From positions 540,001-572,000 of the forward strand of contig NZ_OZ017288.1 of the NCBI RefSeq assembly GCF_963967315.1: a stretch of DNA of 32,000 bases. The letters run 5' to 3'. The number at the start of each line of letters is the position of its first letter. Position 1 is the stretch's first letter. Of this stretch, positions 25,007 through 32,000 are shown in pieces. A program made the position numbers and the translations under genes. The notes beneath the pieces are model-generated. The model was not told the origin of the DNA. It ran no database searches and saw nothing but the letters and a program-made list of their open reading frames with translations. This DNA is from Candidatus Minimicrobia sp. QA0096. GTDB taxonomy: Bacteria; Patescibacteriota; Saccharimonadia; Saccharimonadales; Saccharimonadaceae.

Positions 25007-25558
25007 ATGGAAACACTTCATGGACATACTGAAGAGTTACCTCAGAATTCTCCTTCTGACCTTGATATTAAGGGTCAAGAAAATCCAACAGAAAATGAAC
25101 ATATAGCTGCTCAGATTGAGAAATTGGAATCGAAATTTGATCGTAACCCAGATGGTAGCGAGAAATGGCAGAGGCTTATTAGCGAGCCTATCGAGGATCA
25201 ATATGGGCAGATTTGGATGATTTGGGAAAATTCTGCGACGTCTTCATGTGAACCAAAGGATCGATATCAAATATATAAGATACTCAATGATGAAGATGAG
25301 TTTAGATATGCTTTCATAAAAGAGCTTGAGGTTGATCGCTACCCTGGGTGCCATAAAACCTCTTATGAGTTTTTTGTTGGACCAGATGACGGTAGAGATG
25401 AGACTATAACCGTGTTCTTTAATGACGATGGAGTGATTGAGTATGTCCATTGTTATAGCTATCTGGAGGAGCGCAAGAGGTTGTACGAGAAGCACGAAAG
25501 AGCCCAGAAGAAACTTGCTGAAGCGTCAATAATCAATTCTCTGACGATAGCCGCTTAA
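25007..25558 (+). CDS. hypothetical protein
   Basis: The start is taken at METLHG (ATG 25007), 13 nt after TTGACA-N17-TATCTT (24965-24993). I recognised no domain. Confidence 0.5.
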   Translation: METLHGHTEELPQNSPSDLDIKGQENPTENEHIAAQIEKLESKFDRNPDGSEKWQRLISEPIEDQYGQIWMIWENSATSSCEPKDRYQIYKILNDEDEFRYAFIKELEVDRYPGCHKTSYEFFVGPDDGRDETITVFFNDDGVIEYVHCYSYLEERKRLYEKHERAQKKLAEASIINSLTIAA

Positions 25559-25574
25559 ATGCTACAATAGAAGT

Positions 25575-28112
25575 ATGAAGCGTCTAGTGGTTATTGATGG
25601 AAAGTCGGTGTTTTACCGAGGTTATTATGCTATGCCGGGATTGTCGATGGCTGACGGAACTCCGACTGGCGGAGTGTACGGATTTGTCAGTTTGGCAATT
25701 GAGTTAATTAAGAAATTAGAGCCGGATTATGTGGCGGTAGCTTGGGATAAGCGAGGCACAAATATTCGCAAGCGGCGGGAATTATATCCAGAATATAAAG
25801 CTGGTCGCAAGCCAGCACCAGATGACTTTTATCAGCAAATACCGATTTTACACGAGTTGCTTGATGCATTTGGTTGGCCGCTTTATGAAATTGATGATTA
25901 CGAGGCGGATGATATTATGGGTGCGTTTGCCAGGCAGGCGGAATCTCGCGGAATTGAAACGTGCTTGATAACGTCGGATTTGGACGCATTGCAATTGATA
26001 TCACCAATGACCAAGGTTTACGCCATGAAAAATGGTTTAAGGAATATCGAGGAGTTCACGGCGGAATATTTTGAAGAAAAATATGGTATTCGGACGGAGC
26101 AGTTTTTAGACCTGAAGGCTTTGAAGGGTGATTCTAGTGACAATTTACCGGGAGTGCCGGGAATTGGTGAGAAAACGGCAGTGAAATTATTGCAAGAATA
26201 TGAAACGCTGGACGGAGTTTATGAGCATTTGGATGAGCAAAAAGGCGCTTTGCGAACGAAGCTGGAAAATGGTCGCGAGTCGGCATATTTGACCAAGCAA
26301 GTGGCGGAAATTTGGACTGATGCGCCGATTGAGCTGAATTGGGATGTGGCGGACGTGAATGATTGCGACTTTACGCGAGTAACGGAAATTCTGCAGAAAT
26401 TAGAATTTCAATCGCTGATTGGACGATTGCCAAAAACAATGCAAATTGCGGAAAATGAGAAAAAAGAAGAACCGAAGTTGGATATTCCACGAATTGAAAA
26501 ATTGCCCGATATGCCGATGTTTGAGGCGGAAAATATAATATATATCGATTCGTCGGAGCCTGACGTAATTTACATAAGCTCAAATCCTGAGTCAGCGTGG
26601 ACGGCGAAAATTAGCGAAATTAGTCAATCTATGTGGCAATTACTGGCGCAGGGAATTGTGATTGCGGCGGATGTCAAACGGTTATATCACGCGCTGGATA
26701 ATCATGGCGTGGCGGTGCGTTTTCATGAGGTTTGGGACGTTGAGCAGGCGGCGTTTTTAATTGATCCGCTGAAGCGCGACCGTAGTTTGAATGCGCTGTC
26801 TGGTGATTTTTCTGACGACAATTCCGCGCCTTATCAATTGGCTCGCTTGCATAAAATTTATCGTGAACAAAAAGTTTACATGTCGAACAATTCACAAATT
26901 GCGCGTGTGGCTTACGAGTTTGATTTTCCAGTAATTTGGGCGCTATTCCAGATGGAAAAACGCGGGATGAAATTGGATGATGCGCTATTAAAACAGATGG
27001 GCGATGAGCTGGCGGCGGAAGTTAGCGAGCTTGAACAACAAATGTATTCCATGGCTGGATACGAGTTTAACGCGTCTAGTCCAGCGCAACTTTCTGAGGT
27101 TTTGTTTACCAAATTGCAATTACCAACCGCGGGCATAAAAAAGGGAAAAACTGGATATTCAACAGGTCAAAAAGAGCTGGACAAATTACGCGGACAACAT
27201 TCGATTATCGAGTTGATTGAGCGATATCGAGAATTGACCAAATTGATCAGCACGTACATTGAGGCGTTACCAAAATTGATGGCGACTGATGGGCGAATTC
27301 ACACTACATTCAATCAGGATGTAACCAGCACGGGGCGACTGAGTAGTACAAATCCGAATTTACAGAATATTCCGGTACGGACTGAACTGGGTAGGAAAAT
27401 TCGCCAGGCGTTTGTTCCGAGTGATGGCAAAGTTTTTGTCGGTGCGGATTATTCACAATTTGAGCTGAGGCTGGCGGCTGTGTTGGCAGGCGACGAGAAG
27501 TTGATCGAAGACTTTAATAGCGATGTTGATATTCACGCAAAAACGGCGGCGGAAACATACGGAATATCGATTGACGAAGTGAGCAAATCTCAGCGTCGAG
27601 CAGCGAAAGTGATCAATTTTGGTGTACTTTACGGAATGAGCCCGCACGGTTTAGCGGCGGCTACGGGAATGTCATTTACAGAGGCGAAAAAGTTTATTGA
27701 TCATTATTTTGAGGTACGAAAGCCGATTCGTCAGTACTTGGATAAAATTCTAACTCAAGCGCGGGAACAGGGTTTTGTTGAAACGTATTTTGGCAGGCGA
27801 CGACCAACGCCTGATGTAAAATCGAGCAATTTTATGGTGCGATCTTCGGCGGAAAGAGCTGCGATGAATATGCCAATTCAAGGCACAGAAGCGGATTTGA
27901 TGAAATTAGCGATGATTCGGCTGGAGGATAAATTGTCGGACTTAGCTGATGCGATTTTACAGGTTCATGATTCGATTTTGGTGGAATGCAAACCTGAAGA
28001 CGTCCAGAAAGTCAGCGAGATTATGAAAGCGGAAATGGAAGGCGTTTGTCCAGAATTGCCAATTAAGTTGAAGGTTGATGTTGGCACGGGCGCAAATTGG
28101 GGTGAAGTATAG
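25575..28112 (+). CDS. polA: DNA polymerase I
   Basis: 5' nuclease domain (VIDGKSVFYRGYYA, GDSSDNLPGVPGIGEKTA). Polymerase motifs are DYSQFELR, RRAAKVINFGVLYG and QVHDSILVE. The central 3'-5' exonuclease-like region lacks the DxE, NxxxD and YxxxD carboxylates and is probably inactive. Confidence 0.97.
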   Translation: MKRLVVIDGKSVFYRGYYAMPGLSMADGTPTGGVYGFVSLAIELIKKLEPDYVAVAWDKRGTNIRKRRELYPEYKAGRKPAPDDFYQQIPILHELLDAFGWPLYEIDDYEADDIMGAFARQAESRGIETCLITSDLDALQLISPMTKVYAMKNGLRNIEEFTAEYFEEKYGIRTEQFLDLKALKGDSSDNLPGVPGIGEKTAVKLLQEYETLDGVYEHLDEQKGALRTKLENGRESAYLTKQVAEIWTDAPIELNWDVADVNDCDFTRVTEILQKLEFQSLIGRLPKTMQIAENEKKEEPKLDIPRIEKLPDMPMFEAENIIYIDSSEPDVIYISSNPESAWTAKISEISQSMWQLLAQGIVIAADVKRLYHALDNHGVAVRFHEVWDVEQAAFLIDPLKRDRSLNALSGDFSDDNSAPYQLARLHKIYREQKVYMSNNSQIARVAYEFDFPVIWALFQMEKRGMKLDDALLKQMGDELAAEVSELEQQMYSMAGYEFNASSPAQLSEVLFTKLQLPTAGIKKGKTGYSTGQKELDKLRGQHSIIELIERYRELTKLISTYIEALPKLMATDGRIHTTFNQDVTSTGRLSSTNPNLQNIPVRTELGRKIRQAFVPSDGKVFVGADYSQFELRLAAVLAGDEKLIEDFNSDVDIHAKTAAETYGISIDEVSKSQRRAAKVINFGVLYGMSPHGLAAATGMSFTEAKKFIDHYFEVRKPIRQYLDKILTQAREQGFVETYFGRRRPTPDVKSSNFMVRSSAERAAMNMPIQGTEADLMKLAMIRLEDKLSDLADAILQVHDSILVECKPEDVQKVSEIMKAEMEGVCPELPIKLKVDVGTGANWGEV

Positions 28113-28133
28113 AAAATATGGTATAATTATGCC

Positions 28134-28781
28134 ATGAAATACACTCAACGACGAAATTCATTTTCTCGATTTGTGCCAATTTTGCTGGTTATTGTTATCA
28201 CGGTAGTGGCGGTAGCAGCGGTTATTGCGATTGGTCGAGCATTATTTGGTAAAAATGATTCAGGTCAAACAGCAGATCAGAATGTTAACGTAGGACAAGT
28301 TGCTTTGTTGTCGACGGACGCGGGAAGCGCAGTTCGATTGACGGTACGCGGACCAATTGTAGCGAACGAGAATTTCCGCTCATATAGCATCACTATTTCG
28401 CCAGAATCTCGCGAAATGACGACGTACGAGGGCTATTTGGATAAGCCGATTGCAGAGAAAAAATTGGACAATAACAGCAAGGCTTATACGGAGCTGGTTT
28501 ACGCGCTTGATAAGCGAAAAATGATGGAAGGCACACCGCTAACCGAGCAGCAAAATGATTTGCGGGGGATTTGTGCTAGCGGTAAAATTTACAAATTCGA
28601 AACTTTGAAGGACAATTCCGTTGTGAAAAGTTTGTGGACGTCGGATTGTAGTGGCTCTAAGGGTTCGGCGCAAGCTAATGTAAACGAGATTTTGGATATG
28701 TTTTTGAAGCAAATTCCTGACGGCAAGAAAATGGCGGCTGGAATTGGCCTAAGCCAAGAAGAAGCTTTGTTTAAGCTGTAG
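28134..28781 (+). CDS. hypothetical membrane-anchored protein
   Basis: N-terminal TM anchor (FVPILLVIVITVVAVAAVIAIG) followed by a soluble domain with two Cys. TGGTATAAT ends 6 nt before the ATG. Confidence 0.6.
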   Translation: MKYTQRRNSFSRFVPILLVIVITVVAVAAVIAIGRALFGKNDSGQTADQNVNVGQVALLSTDAGSAVRLTVRGPIVANENFRSYSITISPESREMTTYEGYLDKPIAEKKLDNNSKAYTELVYALDKRKMMEGTPLTEQQNDLRGICASGKIYKFETLKDNSVVKSLWTSDCSGSKGSAQANVNEILDMFLKQIPDGKKMAAGIGLSQEEALFKL

Positions 28782-28791
28782 GACTTGCCGA

Positions 28792-29670
28792 ATGCCAGAA
28801 CTACCCGAAGTTGAGACAGTTCGTCGCGGCTTGGCGGATTTGCTGCCAGGTCAGGCTGTTGTGCGAGCGACGGTATTTGATTCGCCAAAAAGCTTTCCGA
28901 ATTCACCCACAGACGTTCAGCAATTTTTATACGGTGCGCACGTAACGGCGGTGCGGCGTCGCGCGAAAGTATTGATGATTGATCTTGATACGCGTTATTC
29001 GCTGGTGATACATCTTAAGATGACTGGCCAATTGATTTTTCGTGGGGCTAATAGTTTTGCTGGTGGTCATCCGAATGATAGTTTGATCGGTGAATTGCCT
29101 GATAGATCGACACGAGTGCAAATTGATTTTACGGATGGTTCACGTCTGTTTTTCAATGATCAGCGTAAGTTTGGCTGGATGAAATTGATGCCGACTGATG
29201 AGATAGAAAATTTGCCATTTATGCAAAAGGTTGGACCAGAGCCGCTCGATAAAAAAACCGAGGCGGATGACTTTATTAAGCGAATTCGTCGTCGGCAAAA
29301 TTCAATGATAAAGCCGGCGTTTCTTGATCAGTCGGTGATCGCTGGGGTTGGTAATATTTATGCCGATGAAGCTCTGTGGGCTGCGAAAATTCACCCTCAG
29401 ACGCGCGTCAAAAATGTTAGTGATGACCAATTGGAAGATTTGTTTAACGAACTGCGTCAGATTTTACAATTGAGCATTGATCAGGGCGGCTCGACGGATA
29501 AAAATTATGTTGACGCTGAAGGCAGAAAAGGTAATTATCTGTCATTTGCGCATGTATTTCGTCGGGAAGGCCAGCCGTGCCATCGGCATCCTGACCAAGA
29601 GATTGTAAAGATGAAGGTTTCTGGACGCGGTACGCATATTTGTCCAGTCTGCCAGGTGGAAATCAAATGA
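28792..29670 (+). CDS. mutM: formamidopyrimidine-DNA glycosylase
   Basis: N-terminal MPELPEVE, the H2TH region (LDQSVIAGVGNIYADEALW) and a C-terminal zinc finger. Confidence 0.93.
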   Translation: MPELPEVETVRRGLADLLPGQAVVRATVFDSPKSFPNSPTDVQQFLYGAHVTAVRRRAKVLMIDLDTRYSLVIHLKMTGQLIFRGANSFAGGHPNDSLIGELPDRSTRVQIDFTDGSRLFFNDQRKFGWMKLMPTDEIENLPFMQKVGPEPLDKKTEADDFIKRIRRRQNSMIKPAFLDQSVIAGVGNIYADEALWAAKIHPQTRVKNVSDDQLEDLFNELRQILQLSIDQGGSTDKNYVDAEGRKGNYLSFAHVFRREGQPCHRHPDQEIVKMKVSGRGTHICPVCQVEIK

Positions 29671-30569
29671 TTTACTTTTTTTACGGCGAAAATGAATTCG
29701 AGAAACGGCGGGCAATTGCTAAGCTGATCGGCAACGAAAAAGCGGCGCGACATGATGGAGAAGAGTTGACGCTGGCTGGAATGCAGGAAATAGCAATTGG
29801 GCAGACGCTGTTTATGAACTCGTCGGTGTATTTGATTTCAAGATTGAGCGAAAATTCTGAGATTTGGTCGCAGCTTCCAGATATGAAGTTTGATGATGAC
29901 AGGACGATTATTTTGGTGGAAGATAAAATTGATAAGCGAACGAAAACGTATAAGTGGCTGCAGAAAAATGCCAAAGTTCAGGAATTTTCACCGCTTAGTG
30001 ATCGTCAAAAACCGCAGCTTTTAAAGTGGTGCGTGGCGGAGGCGAAGGTTCGCGAGTGTGAATTAACGAATCGTCAAGCAGAGATAATTGTCGATCGTTT
30101 GGGATTTGATCAGTTGCGATTGAGTAATTTTTTGGATCAATTGTCGCTGGCGGAAAAAGTGACGGATGATTTAATTGACAACTTTATACCTTTGGCGAGA
30201 TCGGAAAATGTGTTTGATTTGTTCGTTTCGGCGCTAGCGGGTGATTATGATAAGGTTCACGACATAATTAGCTATTTGGAGTCGGAAAGTGGTGTTGATG
30301 GCGCTTATCAGACAATGGGATTGCTTGCCTCGCAGGCAACTAACTTGACGGCGTTGGTTTTGGCTGACGGCGACAGTAAGTTGGTGGCTTCGGATTTTTC
30401 GGCTAATCCGTATGTTTTACGAAAATTAGCATCTTCAGCAAAAGGTGTCGATAAGAAAAAACTGAAAAGGATAAATGACGCGCTACTTCGGGCAGACTTG
30501 CAAATGAAAACAACTTCTGTAAATCCGTGGCTGCCTGTGGAGGCGGCACTGGTCGGAATTGGAAAATAA
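29667..30569 (+). CDS. holA: DNA polymerase III delta subunit
   Basis: MIYFFYGENEFEKRRA… and the length match HolA. The ATG overlaps the fpg stop (ATGA). It lies next to rpsT, as in many bacteria. Confidence 0.78.
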   Translation: MIYFFYGENEFEKRRAIAKLIGNEKAARHDGEELTLAGMQEIAIGQTLFMNSSVYLISRLSENSEIWSQLPDMKFDDDRTIILVEDKIDKRTKTYKWLQKNAKVQEFSPLSDRQKPQLLKWCVAEAKVRECELTNRQAEIIVDRLGFDQLRLSNFLDQLSLAEKVTDDLIDNFIPLARSENVFDLFVSALAGDYDKVHDIISYLESESGVDGAYQTMGLLASQATNLTALVLADGDSKLVASDFSANPYVLRKLASSAKGVDKKKLKRINDALLRADLQMKTTSVNPWLPVEAALVGIGK

Positions 30570-30571
30570 AA

Positions 30572-30599
30572 ATACCCCAGTTAATTCCGGGGTATTTTC
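30572..30599. terminator. bidirectional rho-independent terminator
   Basis: Stem ATACCCC (30572-30578), stem GGGGTAT (30589-30595), then TTTT. An A-run lies upstream. It sits between convergent holA and rpsT. Confidence 0.75.
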
Positions 30600-30615
30600 T
30601 AGTAATCTTTACAGA

Positions 30616-30966
30616 TTATTTTTCAGATTTCTTAGCAGCTGGCTTCTTTGCTGGAGCTTTTTTAGCGGCAGTTTTCTTTGCTGTTGCTGGCTTTGCGGCT
30701 GGTTTTTTAGTAGCTTCTAATGTAACACCTGCTTTTTTAGCAATTTTGCTCAATGCGCTCTTTCGGCGAGCAGCAGTGTTTTTCTTAATCAAGCCTTTTT
30801 TAACAGCAGTGTCGATTTCGCTTTGTGCTGCAGCAAGAGTCTTTGCGCTTGGTTCTGTAGAGAAAGCTTTAACAGCAGTCTTAATGTCTTTTTTAATGCT
30901 GATGTTTCGCTCGCGGCGCTTTAAGGTTTGTTTAGCACGCTTGATGGCGGATTTGATGATTGGCAT
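30616..30966 (-). CDS. rpsT: 30S ribosomal protein S20 with a Lys/Ala-rich C-terminal extension
   Basis: MPIIKSAIKRAKQTLKRRERN is a typical bS20 N-terminus. The tail is KKPAAKPATAKKTAAKKAPAKKPAAKKSEK. The minus strand carries TTTACA-N17-TATAAT and an AAAGGAG SD upstream. Confidence 0.93.
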   Translation of the reverse strand: MPIIKSAIKRAKQTLKRRERNISIKKDIKTAVKAFSTEPSAKTLAAAQSEIDTAVKKGLIKKNTAARRKSALSKIAKKAGVTLEATKKPAAKPATAKKTAAKKAPAKKPAAKKSEK

Positions 30967-31123
30967 GTTTCTCCTTTACCTCTATAGATTTGTATCGCTA
31001 ATCAGGAAGAATTATACAGAAAATAGCATAAATTGTAAAGAGTTGGCTTAGATATTGACTTTATGGTACTGCTTATGGTATAGTGATGCCAAGCGTAATT
31101 ACAAAACAAACATAGGAAAAATC

Positions 31124-32000
31124 ATGTCAAACGGATCAGCAAAGCAAAAAGTAATCCAGAGCATCAAGGATGTAACTAATATTTTAGTGACGGTGAGTTC
31201 TAGTCCGTCAGTCGACGAATTGTCGGCAGCATTAGGATTGACGATTTTCCTCAATAAGCTAGGGAAGCACGCTACGGCTGTGTTTAGCGGCGACATTCCG
31301 CCAGCAATTACGTTCTTGAATCCTGATAAGACGTTTGAGCAGACCGCAGATTCTTTACGTGATTTTATTATTGCTTTAGATAAAGAGAAGGCTGATCATT
31401 TACGCTATAAAGTTGTTGACGACGCCGTAAAGATTTTCATTACGCCATATCGTACGACAATTACCGATAAAGACTTGGAATTTTCACAGGGTGATTATAA
31501 CGTTGAGCTAGTTCTGGCGCTAAATGTTGAAAATAGTGAAAGTATTGATACGGCATTAACGGCACACGGTAAGATTTTACATGATGCTACAGTTGTGGCT
31601 ATAACAGCGGGCGATGTAAAGAGTGGTCTGGGTTCTGTTGATTGGCACGAATCTAACGCGAGTGGTGTGAGTGAAATGGTTGTTGAGCTTCTTGATGATC
31701 TGAAGACGCCGAAGGTGACTCTGGATGAGCAGATGGCGACGGCTTTGCTTACGGGAATTGTTGCAGTAACTGACCGATTTAGTAATGGAAATACATCATC
31801 AAAGGTTATGACTACAGCCGCAGAACTTATGGCGGCCGGCGCAAATCAGCAATTGGTGGTTTCAAAGATTGCAGAGAGCGAAGTAGAGGACAAGCCGCAG
31901 AAGATTGAAAAGATCGAAGAAAAATCTCCAGAAAAAGAAGAAGCTTCAGAGGATAAAACTGAAGAAGCGGAGAAAGATGAGGAAACTGTACACGCGGACG
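31124..32000 (+). CDS. DHH-family (NrnA-like) protein with degenerate motifs, 3'-partial at the window edge
   Basis: My translation is MSNGSAKQKVIQSIKDVTNILVTVSSSPSVDELSAALGL…ALLTGIVAVTDRFSN…, with no stop before 32000. It is absent from the ORF track because it is open-ended. TGGTATAGT and an AGGA SD lie upstream. Confidence 0.65.
   Translation, partial: MSNGSAKQKVIQSIKDVTNILVTVSSSPSVDELSAALGLTIFLNKLGKHATAVFSGDIPPAITFLNPDKTFEQTADSLRDFIIALDKEKADHLRYKVVDDAVKIFITPYRTTITDKDLEFSQGDYNVELVLALNVENSESIDTALTAHGKILHDATVVAITAGDVKSGLGSVDWHESNASGVSEMVVELLDDLKTPKVTLDEQMATALLTGIVAVTDRFSNGNTSSKVMTTAAELMAAGANQQLVVSKIAESEVEDKPQKIEKIEEKSPEKEEASEDKTEEAEKDEETVHAD

Noticed and set aside
7990-28112. Inteins or introns in nrdA, dnaG or polA
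   Set aside because: The conserved motifs occur in the normal order and spacing with contiguous frames, and the protein lengths are ordinary.
30527-31051. 174-aa plus-strand ORF overlapping rpsT
   Set aside because: It is the mirror image of the Lys/Ala-rich S20 tail, which gives Phe/Ala-rich nonsense. rpsT on the minus strand has the promoter, the SD and the homology.
1-32000. Alternative genetic code (UGA recoding, as in some candidate phyla)
   Set aside because: dnaG, orn and the ABC ATPase end at TGA exactly where the next gene starts. Homology does not continue past these stops. The standard code 11 fits all genes.
1-32000. CRISPR arrays, IS elements, integrases, rRNA, or long direct or inverted repeats
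   Set aside because: Reading the intergenic regions showed no spaced repeat arrays, no transposase or integrase motifs and no rRNA-like sequence. An exhaustive repeat search by eye is not possible, so short dispersed repeats could have been missed.

Overview
This is a gene-dense segment of bacterial chromosome that uses the standard genetic code. TGA clearly terminates dnaG and orn. Nearly all of it is housekeeping: groES-groEL behind a perfect CIRCE operator, PGI/PMI, a MacB-type ABC pair, tRNA-Ser(GGA), nrdA-nrdB, argS, mscL, pyrH, a DEAH helicase, orn, dnaG-rpoD, polA, fpg, holA and rpsT. The compactness, the many apparently leaderless genes, the Lys/Ala-rich tails and the small orphan membrane proteins suggest a reduced-genome lineage such as Patescibacteria/Saccharibacteria. 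That assignment is inference only. Three low-GC singleton ORFs sit between the core operons: a PD-(D/E)xK-like ORF, an ATP-grasp ligase next to the tRNA, and a transglutaminase-like Cys-His-Asp ORF. The most interesting region is the ribonucleotide reductase locus (7840-12025). Tandem NrdR boxes and a terminator-like leader hairpin precede nrdA. NrdA has no cysteines in its C-terminal tail. NrdB shows class Ic hallmarks, with Phe at the radical-Tyr position and Glu as the first metal ligand. A PNPOx-like flavoprotein gene overlaps the nrdB stop (TAATG). A second pair of NrdR-like boxes with the same 32-bp spacing precedes an unannotated 59-codon ORF ending in ...TICDGCE. I propose this ORF as a candidate detached, trans-acting redox tail or other accessory factor of the RNR. 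Other observations are a DnaG whose four zinc ligands are all substituted, a folC C-terminal remnant, an ORF trio linked by frame changes with a T TTT TTG heptamer, and a recurrent extended -10 element 6-10 nt upstream of start codons. I found no CRISPR array, IS element, integrase or rRNA.
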